From Porphyrobacter sp. (GTDB lineage: Bacteria; Pseudomonadota; Alphaproteobacteria; Sphingomonadales; Sphingomonadaceae), in assembly GCA_017744315.1 (NCBI GenBank), contig JAGIBN010000013.1, forward strand, positions 27,095 through 91,094: a stretch of DNA of 64,000 nucleotides. The letters are read 5' to 3'. Below the pieces are notes generated by a model. It did not search any database, was not told the DNA's origin, and saw only the letters and a list, made by a program, of their open reading frames with translations. Every line of letters starts with the position of its first letter. Positions within the stretch are counted from its first letter, which is position 1. A program made the translations under genes and the position numbers. This document shows, piece by piece, positions 29,362-37,520 of the stretch.

Positions 29362-30470
29362 TTTTCTGAAACTGGCAGCGCCCGTACCCCCACGCGGTCA
29401 GATTGATAGGATCCGAGCCAGAGCTCGCCATTCACGATGACCCCCGTCGAAACGCCGTTGAACGAAGCGCTTGGCGCTGACTTCGTGACGACCGTCCATT
29501 TCCTTGAGGCGGGATCCAACGAAGCCACCACATAACCCCGGTGACATTGCATCCCGTCAGCTACGCCATCGACTATTTGCCTGACGCCGCCGCAGCCGGG
29601 CTCATCCCTCACCATGCCCGCGGTGAGAAGATGCCGTCCGTGCCAATGTATGTTGTCGGGCATGAACTCAGGCGCGGTGACCTTCCAGACCGGCCCCGTC
29701 GTGCCCGAACGATCAAAACGGACAATCTCGCGGGGACCGAAGGCCACCACGTAGAAGCCGTCATCCTCTTTCGAGCTTTCCAGCCCATTGTTCCCTTCGA
29801 GCTCGGTGCCTTCAATCACCCGGAATTGCGGAGCACCCGGAGTCCTCTCTAGGACGTAGCCAGTCTTCTGCCCGAGGACGAAGTCGGTGATGGTCGTGCC
29901 CGGGCGTGTCAGGACGGTCACGAGCACCGTTCCGTCGCTGTAGGTCGCAACGCTGTTGCCAACATTGCCTTGAGGCAAAAGCAGACATCCACGCCAAGTC
30001 AACTGGGGAGGCACGCCTGGATCGCGACTGTCGATGGCAAAGACCTCGATCGATTCACGCCCCCCGTGATTTACGACGTGAATTTCCCCAACGCCGGGCT
30101 CCGTCTCACGAAAACTGATCCCCCTCGCGTTGAAGAGCGCCGGGTCGGGCGGGGTCATGCAGTCTGGATATCGCCCTTGATTGAGCGCAACTTGATCCGA
30201 CTTTCCCGTAAACCACCTCTGCAAAGTCCGCGCGCGGGTATCGATCAGCTTCAGCCCGGATCCTGGAGCGAAACCGCTGGCAACGAGCCAGCGGCCTCCT
30301 GGTATAACCGCGAGATCCTCTGGCTTGAGGGCACCGCAAATGAATTCGAGGTCGCTCTCGGACGGACATGGCTGACTAGAGGCCGAGGCTTGGAAGTTCG
30401 GGGCGCAGGCACTCAAAGCGAGCAGCAGAAGGCACCCACCACCCCCGAGCCAAAACCCGCCGGCGTTCAT
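29352..30470 (-). CDS. Lipoprotein, beta-propeller arylesterase/lactonase (SMP-30/PON-like)
   Basis: LSAC lipobox, PEDL, VNHGGRESIEVF, NNGL, PDNI. Confidence 0.7.
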   Translation of the reverse strand: MNAGGFWLGGGGCLLLLALSACAPNFQASASSQPCPSESDLEFICGALKPEDLAVIPGGRWLVASGFAPGSGLKLIDTRARTLQRWFTGKSDQVALNQGRYPDCMTPPDPALFNARGISFRETEPGVGEIHVVNHGGRESIEVFAIDSRDPGVPPQLTWRGCLLLPQGNVGNSVATYSDGTVLVTVLTRPGTTITDFVLGQKTGYVLERTPGAPQFRVIEGTELEGNNGLESSKEDDGFYVVAFGPREIVRFDRSGTTGPVWKVTAPEFMPDNIHWHGRHLLTAGMVRDEPGCGGVRQIVDGVADGMQCHRGYVVASLDPASRKWTVVTKSAPSASFNGVSTGVIVNGELWLGSYQSDRVGVRALPVSEKTN

Positions 30471-31450
30471 TCTCTCGACCGGAGGTGCTTGTCAAAGAAC
30501 CGATAGGTTTGGTCGAGCGCCCGCAAAGAAGCTTCGCGGGTCTCTGTGTCGCTGGCCCCGATCCAACTGTGCCCCACACCTGAAATGACGTCGAGCTCGA
30601 CCGAGGCCCCCACAGCTTTCAACTTCTCAGCCATCGTCTCCGACTGCGCCACCGGGACCACGCGATCGTCCCTGCCGTGCAGTAGTAGAATGGGAGGATC
30701 GTTGGCATCGGCGTGCGCGATCGCACTGGCCGCGTCCAACTGTGTCGGAGAACACCGGCCGGGCTCGCAACCGAGATAGTCGTACTCCGCTCTCTGCCCG
30801 GAATTCTGCGGCATGGCGGGGAAGTCATAGATTCCATACCAGCCAACCGCCGCTTGCGGACAATCTGAAAACTCGGGATTGGCCTTGTCTGCTCCGGTCG
30901 GAGATGCCCCGCAGGCTAGCGCCTCGAGGATAGCAAGCTGACCCCCGGCGGAACCACCGAAGATGCCGGTCCGGGAGGTATCGATCCCGTAAGATCGCGC
31001 ATTGGCCTTTAGAAATCTGATGGCCGTCCGCACGTCGTCCAACGCCGCGGGAAACGGCGCCTCGCCAGATAACCGATACTCAACGGAAGCCACCACATAA
31101 CCCCGGCTGGCGAGTTCGGCGAGCACCGCTGGGAAGTCCGCAAATGCCCCGGACTGACGGGTGTGTCCTCCGCGCCAGCCGCCTCCGTGAACATAGACGA
31201 TAAGGGGCTTGGGCTCGATGCGATCGGCGGGAAGATACACATCCAGGATGAGCGGCCGGAACCCTTCAATCCTGGAGAACTCCACATCCGCCAAGGCCAT
31301 GACACCAGCAGGGTACTGGACCACGCGACTGGGCATGGGATCTCCCAAAGCAGGCTCCGGCAAGGTCGGTGGTTCCGCCCTCTGCGCAGTCGTAGCGGCC
31401 GAGGTCGCGAGTAAGACTAATCCGAAAATGCCCCGAAGAATGCTCATCAA
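30467..31450 (-). CDS. Exported alpha/beta hydrolase (HSL-type esterase)
   Basis: Signal peptide, HGGGW, GGSAGG, D..VP, GH. Confidence 0.88.
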   Translation of the reverse strand: MMSILRGIFGLVLLATSAATTAQRAEPPTLPEPALGDPMPSRVVQYPAGVMALADVEFSRIEGFRPLILDVYLPADRIEPKPLIVYVHGGGWRGGHTRQSGAFADFPAVLAELASRGYVVASVEYRLSGEAPFPAALDDVRTAIRFLKANARSYGIDTSRTGIFGGSAGGQLAILEALACGASPTGADKANPEFSDCPQAAVGWYGIYDFPAMPQNSGQRAEYDYLGCEPGRCSPTQLDAASAIAHADANDPPILLLHGRDDRVVPVAQSETMAEKLKAVGASVELDVISGVGHSWIGASDTETREASLRALDQTYRFFDKHLRSRE

Positions 31451-31491
31451 ACCTCTCCCTGAGATTTAGTTGTGAGACTATCCCGTGCGGC

Positions 31492-32361
31492 TTACGCCAC
31501 CTCCAGGAGTCCCTCGTTTGTCGGCAGGTATGTCACCGGCACATCGACCATCTTGGCGACTTGCTGAGCCAGGACCTTTGCCGCCGGCTCCTCCATCGCG
31601 ATCGATCCAACCACCAGCATGGCCTTGGGTTGGCCAAGCGCGATGGCGTCCATCACGTAGGCTGTTGTCTCGGTCTCATGCACCTCCCCGCAAACCAGCA
31701 AGTTGACGTCCGGTCGCGAGATCAGAGGCGCTAGCGCGTTAGGTCGATTTGTCTCGGTAGCGATGGCAATCCCGGAAGCTGAGAGTGACGGATCGCCCAC
31801 CAGGCGCACGGTCTGGGTCTGTAAGGCTTCCTTCGCGCGTCGCACGACGTCGAGAACGCTGAGCGGCGAATTGCGGTAGACGAGACCGACTGCTGAATCG
31901 AGCTCCGCTACTGGCCCTTCAAGGCCAAGCACGCGGGGAAATGCCGTGGTCACCTCCAGGCCGAGCGCCCCACCTCGAGGATCCTGAAGCCTCAGCACAG
32001 CGAGGCCCTGGCGATTGATCAAGTCGAGCTTGGCCGCAAGCGCCGGTTCGGGCCGAGTAACCGGTCTATCCTGGCTGTCGCCCAAGAAAGCGCTTCGACT
32101 GATCACAATATTGGCGCCCAGTTCGGCAGCACGTTCCAGCACCGCCGTACTCGCACGAGCCGCTACCACGACGCCCTTCACCGGCATATCTGCGTCGCCC
32201 GCGCGGTAGCCGTCGACCAACGCGCCGATCGCACGATAGGAACCCCCGGCGATGGCTTGATCGCGTCGACCAGGGGCATCGACGCCCTTGTGACGCCGGA
32301 CCTCCGGACCGAGGACGGACTGAATCTTCGCAAACAACTCGTGACCACTGATCGTCGTCAT
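31492..32361 (-). CDS. Degenerate NIF3-like protein
   Basis: YRAGDADMPVKGV, VLERAAELGANIVI, RLVGDP, GEVHETET; His metal ligands apparently absent. Confidence 0.6.
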   Translation of the reverse strand: MTTISGHELFAKIQSVLGPEVRRHKGVDAPGRRDQAIAGGSYRAIGALVDGYRAGDADMPVKGVVVAARASTAVLERAAELGANIVISRSAFLGDSQDRPVTRPEPALAAKLDLINRQGLAVLRLQDPRGGALGLEVTTAFPRVLGLEGPVAELDSAVGLVYRNSPLSVLDVVRRAKEALQTQTVRLVGDPSLSASGIAIATETNRPNALAPLISRPDVNLLVCGEVHETETTAYVMDAIALGQPKAMLVVGSIAMEEPAAKVLAQQVAKMVDVPVTYLPTNEGLLEVA

Positions 32362-32370
32362 GGGCGCTCC

Positions 32371-33258
32371 TCAGGCCGGGTTCGTGTAAGGGTCGGCGGT
32401 CGAGAGCCATCGGCAGGGCAATCCCGGGAAGACCCCGCCCAGCCACTCCGCAATGTTGCGCATGCCAAAGTCTTCGGCCGTGTGGCCTGCAAGGAAAACG
32501 ACTACTGGCTTCGTTGCCTCCAGATCCTGCGCATATCCAAGGACCTCCGGCTCGCGGACCTCGCCGAGCAACACCGCGTCGACGCCCTCGACCCCAAATT
32601 GGGCGATCTGTGCGTTCTCGCCCGGCATGCCCGCCGATACGCTGATGGTGGAGATGCGCTGATCCGGGTTTCCGAACATCCTCAGAGTACGCCTGCCACA
32701 GGCCTGCTTGATGTGACGTCCGATCTCGATAGCCGTCGCGTCAGGCAGCTTCACGCAGACCCCCGGCAGGGCGGGGTCGCGGAACTGTTTCCAGTCGAGC
32801 TGTTCGAGCAAGCCGGTCATGATCGCATCGCCAGGTCGGGAATGGGCGTGGCCATGCATTCGCTGGATCACCATCCCGTTTTGATCGAGGAACCGTCTCT
32901 TCGCGGAAAGGACCGGGTCGGCATCGGGCAGGACGCTTTCCGCAAAGTCGTCATACCGCTCGTAGAAGCTCGCCTCGTGCGGAATGATGTAATTCAGGCC
33001 GGCTTCCTTCGCCTGGCGCAGAACCTCCATTGAGGCAAAGAAGCACGTCGCGATCCCCGTTATCCGAGCGTTTCGGTCACCGTAGATGATGCGGTCATCG
33101 GTTGGGTTCGGGTCCCAGGGCTGTCCTGACGCGAGCTTGATCTGCTGGAACACCTCGCGCGCCGTCATGCCGGTCGATTGGCTGAAGGCGACGGTTGAGG
33201 GCAAAGTCAGGGCTGTTGCCAGGCCAGCCATTGCGCTGCGCCGGGTAAGTGAGAGCAT
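32371..33258 (-). CDS. Tat-exported NIF3-like dinuclear metal protein
   Basis: TRRSAM Tat motif; IYGDRNARITGIATC, HEASFY, HGH, GHTAED. Confidence 0.75.
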   Translation of the reverse strand: MLSLTRRSAMAGLATALTLPSTVAFSQSTGMTAREVFQQIKLASGQPWDPNPTDDRIIYGDRNARITGIATCFFASMEVLRQAKEAGLNYIIPHEASFYERYDDFAESVLPDADPVLSAKRRFLDQNGMVIQRMHGHAHSRPGDAIMTGLLEQLDWKQFRDPALPGVCVKLPDATAIEIGRHIKQACGRRTLRMFGNPDQRISTISVSAGMPGENAQIAQFGVEGVDAVLLGEVREPEVLGYAQDLEATKPVVVFLAGHTAEDFGMRNIAEWLGGVFPGLPCRWLSTADPYTNPA

Positions 33259-33299
33259 GCGAGCCTATCCTGCCTGTCGTTCTGATTTGTTCGACGCGC

Positions 33300-35177
33300 C
33301 TAGAGCGCGTTTTCCTGATCGTTCTTGAAGCGCGATTGGGTGGTCAGTTTGATGACCTCGTTGGCCGCGCCGTACTGATCATACCCTCCACGCCGCTCAA
33401 CGATTTCGAAGAAGAAGCGCTTCTCGAATGCGCGCGAGTTGATCTGAAGATATTCCCCCTCCCCGTCCTGATCATAGAGGATGTCCCACCGAGCCAGCCG
33501 GCTCACAAACTCGGGCGCAAGCCCGAAGCGCGTCTCGATGTCGTCATAGTAATTGCTGGGAATCTTGAGCCTTTCGAGCCCCAGTCCTTCGAGCCGTTCC
33601 GCGGTGTCGAAGATGTCGGAGGTGCGCAAACTGACGTATTGAAGACCGGCGCCCCAATAACGCCGATGCAGGCGAGACGTCAGAGTGTTGTCCGATACCG
33701 AACCGTTGAGCAGAACGCGGAGCCGACGGTCGGGGCTTTCAATTGGTTGGGAGTGCACAAGGCCGAGCGGATCGAAGATCTCCACCACGGCCTTCTTCTC
33801 AACATCGAAGAAGGCGAAACTGTGCAAGAGCCAAGACAGAAGCTCCTGATCACGCATGGCGTATGCGAGGTGATCAACTTCGATAAGGCCCGCGTCACGA
33901 TGGTCCGGCGCGCTGATGGGCTCGAAGTCCCGGAACCACATTTCGGCTACCTGGTCCTCCTCGACCAGGTAGATCAGGCTGCCGCTGACGTCGCGAATGG
34001 CGCGAACCGGCATTTCTCCGCGTCCGATGCGTCCCTCGAAGCTGTTGATCGATAGAGCTTCAGCGCGAGCTACTGCCGCGTCCACATCCTCGATACGCAG
34101 CGCGATCGCGCAGGCCGAGGGACCGTGCACCAAATAGTGGGAATGGGCGAAGCCGTCAGGCTCGGTGTTGAGGACGATGTTGATCCCGCCCTGTTGCCAT
34201 CGCTCGACGGCCTTCGATCTATGTCGTCCCGTACAAGCAAAACCTAGAGCGCTGAGCATGTCGGCAAAGGGTTTGGCCTCGTTGTCGCCCAACGCGAACT
34301 CGACGAAGACTACCCCGTGACATTGGACGCGGGGCGGAAGCGCGACATCGCTTACCTCACCGGCAGCGCGGCTAGCTTCATCGATCGTCAGCCTGAGCGA
34401 CCGGATGCCGTCTAGGGCAACCATCCAGGCGGGGAGCGACCGAAAGTAGTCGTTGAAAATCTCGAGCGAGAGAGGTCCGCGATAGCCGATCTCAACAAGG
34501 GTGGTGACGAAATCCTTCACCGGAATTTCCCCTTGGCCTGGCAAATTGCGAAAGTGCCGACTCCAGGGCAGGTATTCCATGTTCAACCAAGGCGCGTCCG
34601 CCACCTGGACGATGAAGATCTTCATCGGATCGATCTCCCGAATGGATGCCATCGGAATGCGGCGCACTAGGGAATGAAAGCTGTCGAGGATCAATCCAAC
34701 TGCTGGATGGTCGACCGCCTTCACGATGTCCCAGGCCTGTCGATGGTCCCAAACGTGTCGGCCCCAGGCCAACGCTTCGTAGCCGACGCGAACCTCGTGC
34801 CCGGCCGCTCGTTCCCCGAGCTCGCGAAAGTCTTCGACGATACGCTCCCTATCGGATGATGCAGCCAGCGATACGCTCGAGCAGACCAGGAGCAAGTCGG
34901 TGCCGAGTTGCTGCATGATCTCGAACTTCTTTTCGGCACGGTCGAAGATGCGCGATCGGAGATCGGGCGGCAGGCCTTCGAAATCCCTGAAAGGCTGGAA
35001 CAGGGTGCATTTCATGCCCAGGTCCCGAATTATCTGCCCCACGTCGGCAGCTGAGCCCGGGAACGCCAGGAGATCGTTCTCGAATATTTCGACGCCGTCG
35101 AACCCCGCCCGGGCGACCGCCTGCAACTTTTCTTCGAGGGTTCCGCTTAGGGAAACGGTGGCAATGGAGGTTAGCAT
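33300..35177 (-). CDS. quiC: Bifunctional sugar-phosphate-isomerase/HPPD-like protein (QuiC1-type 3-dehydroshikimate dehydratase)
   Basis: TSIATVSLSGTL, GYEALAWG, ILDSFH, SLEIFND N-domain; FFEIVERRGGY HPPD-like C-domain; aroE/aroQ context. Confidence 0.85.
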   Translation of the reverse strand: MLTSIATVSLSGTLEEKLQAVARAGFDGVEIFENDLLAFPGSAADVGQIIRDLGMKCTLFQPFRDFEGLPPDLRSRIFDRAEKKFEIMQQLGTDLLLVCSSVSLAASSDRERIVEDFRELGERAAGHEVRVGYEALAWGRHVWDHRQAWDIVKAVDHPAVGLILDSFHSLVRRIPMASIREIDPMKIFIVQVADAPWLNMEYLPWSRHFRNLPGQGEIPVKDFVTTLVEIGYRGPLSLEIFNDYFRSLPAWMVALDGIRSLRLTIDEASRAAGEVSDVALPPRVQCHGVVFVEFALGDNEAKPFADMLSALGFACTGRHRSKAVERWQQGGINIVLNTEPDGFAHSHYLVHGPSACAIALRIEDVDAAVARAEALSINSFEGRIGRGEMPVRAIRDVSGSLIYLVEEDQVAEMWFRDFEPISAPDHRDAGLIEVDHLAYAMRDQELLSWLLHSFAFFDVEKKAVVEIFDPLGLVHSQPIESPDRRLRVLLNGSVSDNTLTSRLHRRYWGAGLQYVSLRTSDIFDTAERLEGLGLERLKIPSNYYDDIETRFGLAPEFVSRLARWDILYDQDGEGEYLQINSRAFEKRFFFEIVERRGGYDQYGAANEVIKLTTQSRFKNDQENAL

Positions 35178-35460
35178 AGGGCTCTGGTCCAATGGCGATT
35201 GAATTCTCCCAGCAAGGGCGAAAGACCGCTCACAAGACCCTCTCCGTTCAAGCGCCTGATGGCTTTTCCACCGTGACTTCCTCACGATACGCAAACCAAA
35301 ACGAGTTACAAGAAGAATTGTACGAACTGGTTCGCACATCTCTTGACCATGCCAGTTTCACACGGGATTAGGAGCTGCCCCCTTTCCCGGTGAAGTGCGG
35401 GAGTTTATCGGGGCGATAGTGTTGAGGACGATATCGTCCAAGGTAGCGAGAGTTCAACGA

Positions 35461-36165
35461 ATGGCCGCGAGCATTAGCACTCGACGCAAATTGGATGACA
35501 ACCCCGCCCCGCGCAGGATCGGACGTCGGCGGGATGTCGACCGCGCGGCAGATGCAGAGGAAACTCGCGAGAACATTCTAAAGGTCGCGACGCGCGAATT
35601 CGCCGAAAAGGGGCTGAGCGGGGCGCGCATCGATGAAATCGCTGAGCAGACCAGTACGTCGAAGCGCATGATCTACTACTACTTCTCCAGCAAAGAGGGG
35701 CTCTACCGCGCAGTCATCAGCCGGGAGTATGGGCGAATTCGTGACGCTGAGGCGGAACTGCAGCTCGACGAGATGCCCGCGCTCGACGCGATGGCTCAAT
35801 TGATAGGGAAGACCTTCGACTGGCATTTCCAGCACCCCGATTTCGTGAGGCTGGTGATGAACGAAAACATCCATTTCGCGGGGCACCTAGACGATGTCGA
35901 GGGCATACAGGAACGGAACGAGTCGGTTATCGCCACGCTAAATTCGATCCTGCGCAAAGGTGCGGAGGAGAAGACGCTTCGCACGGACATAGACCCCGTC
36001 GAGCTACACATGAATATCAGTGCACTCTGCTTCTACACGGTCTCCAACCGCTACACGTTTCGGAAGGTTTTCGGCCGAGATATGGGCGCGCCAGGGCTAG
36101 CGAAGCAGCGGCGTGAACAGATAATAGAAATCATACTGAACTGGTGCCGCTCACCGGCAACCTGA
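35461..36165 (+). CDS. TetR family regulator (RutR/NicS-like)
   Basis: EFAEKGLSGARIDEIA...KRMIYYYFSSKEGLY; divergent from quiC. Confidence 0.92.
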   Translation: MAASISTRRKLDDNPAPRRIGRRRDVDRAADAEETRENILKVATREFAEKGLSGARIDEIAEQTSTSKRMIYYYFSSKEGLYRAVISREYGRIRDAEAELQLDEMPALDAMAQLIGKTFDWHFQHPDFVRLVMNENIHFAGHLDDVEGIQERNESVIATLNSILRKGAEEKTLRTDIDPVELHMNISALCFYTVSNRYTFRKVFGRDMGAPGLAKQRREQIIEIILNWCRSPAT

Positions 36166-36187
36166 TTGCCCCTCTAGATTGCCGAAG

Positions 36188-36254
36188 GGCAGATCCTGGC
36201 CGATAGCGGACCGTCCGCTTTCGGACGCTCCTCCGATGAAAGCAGTCGGTCGGC
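36188..36254 (+). repeat. Composite imperfect-palindrome repeat, copy 1
   Basis: 36197-36254 matches 40654-40711 at 51/58 positions. Confidence 0.85.
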
Positions 36255-36282
36255 TTTAAAGGGTTCCCTAGCATCCTATTAC

Positions 36283-36306
36283 GACTGCAATGGGTGGAAA
36301 GCGGAC
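36283..36306 (+). repeat. 24-bp repeat unit left of the small ORF
   Basis: GACTGCAATGGGTGGAAAGCGGAC, 20/24 identical to 36636-36659. Confidence 0.8.
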
Positions 36307-36323
36307 GTTCCGTCCTATGAGCG

Positions 36324-36608
36324 CTAGCGGCTCTTTCCGCACTTCGAGCAGACCGGCCGCACCGGTCTTAACAGGTTCACGCCGGTCATGTTCCAAGCGC
36401 TGACCTGGGTATCAAAGTAATAGCTCACGCCGCAGCTGCTGCACTTCAACCCGAACATCACGAAGAGAGCAAATGGCATCGTGACCGTCACGGCCAGTAA
36501 CGCTCCGGGCAGACCGCCAAGACCAAGATAGATGGTTAGCAACAGGGATACTCCGGTGACGAAGAAGCCCATTTGAACAAGGCGCGCTAGTGCAAGGCGG
36601 TTTGTCAT
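36324..36608 (-). CDS. Small 2-TM protein with CxxC...CxxC zinc ribbon
   Basis: 94 aa; CSSC and CSKC; fills the interval between two repeat units. Confidence 0.7.
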   Translation of the reverse strand: MTNRLALARLVQMGFFVTGVSLLLTIYLGLGGLPGALLAVTVTMPFALFVMFGLKCSSCGVSYYFDTQVSAWNMTGVNLLRPVRPVCSKCGKSR

Positions 36609-36635
36609 CCTTTCACCATGCGAGGGTTCCGGAAC

Positions 36636-36659
36636 GTCCGCAATGGGTCGATAGCGGAC
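36636..36659 (+). repeat. 24-bp repeat unit right of the small ORF
   Basis: GTCCGC-AATGGGTCGATA-GCGGAC hairpin. Confidence 0.8.
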
Positions 36660-36869
36660 TGTCCGGTATCGTCCGCTTCGCCCGCTATCGATTAGTCTGT
36701 GCTTGATCCACGATCGTTAGTTCACGGCAACTGTTCGGAAAGGTTTACTAATGCCATCATCTGGCGGATGAACTGCCCAGCGATCGCCTTACATGCCGTG
36801 ATGTACCCATTGGCCAGACCCAGGGCGTGCCCATCCGAATGGTCGGCAAGGTTCAATCGGCCATAACCA

Positions 36870-37406
36870 ATGGCGGGGGGCGATCATGATCCGGACAGAC
36901 TCCTGGTGGCCGCCGCAATCGACGGCGACCGTGAGGCGTTTGGGGAACTCTTGCGCAAACACTACGATCGAATTCACGCCCTCGCCTGGCAAATGACGGG
37001 GACGCGATCTGATGCCGACGACATTGCCCAGGACGTGTGCTGCAGGCTCGTAGAAAAGATTGGCAGCTTTCGCGGCGACGCGAAATTCTCCACGTGGCTG
37101 TGCGGGATCGTGTTCAACTGTTGTCGCGACCATCTCCGCCGCCGCCGGTCCTTTCTAGGATTCGCCCAGCGGCTGGCAGTGCTGGCCACCCTGACGCGAG
37201 GGCCTGACGGCCGCGACTTGCATGATCAAATGTGGATCGAAAACGCTGTCAGCCGGCTCAAACCAGCCTATCGCGAGACGGTTATCCTGGTTGCCGGCCA
37301 ACAACTTACACACGCCGAAGCCGCCGAGATTCTCGGTGTCACCGAATCAACGGTCTCGTGGCGCATGCACGAGGTGCGGCGAATACTTACGAGCGGCCAA
37401 GATTAG
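36870..37406 (+). CDS. ECF RNA polymerase sigma factor
   Basis: DADDIAQDV, FRGDAKFSTWL, EAAEILGVTESTVSWRMH. Confidence 0.9.
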   Translation: MAGGDHDPDRLLVAAAIDGDREAFGELLRKHYDRIHALAWQMTGTRSDADDIAQDVCCRLVEKIGSFRGDAKFSTWLCGIVFNCCRDHLRRRRSFLGFAQRLAVLATLTRGPDGRDLHDQMWIENAVSRLKPAYRETVILVAGQQLTHAEAAEILGVTESTVSWRMHEVRRILTSGQD

Positions 37407-37520
37407 ATCAGCGCAAACTGGCGCAAAAAAAGTTCTCGAAAGCTCCCAAGGAAATCCGCGGCTGACCCGTCTCAGGTCACATGCGCGGGATGATCCGCGC
37501 GATTGCCAGGGAGAGTTCCC

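Noticed and set aside
36188-36700. CRISPR array or classical integron attC sites
   Set aside because: Spacing is irregular (95 bp, 353 bp, ~4 kb), units are degenerate, there are no cas or intI genes and no RYYYAAC/GTTRRRY ends; kept as an unexplained repeat family.
37448-37472. ECF promoter (AAGGAA...CGTC) before the vWA gene
   Set aside because: Plausible but too short, with no clear second copy to support it.
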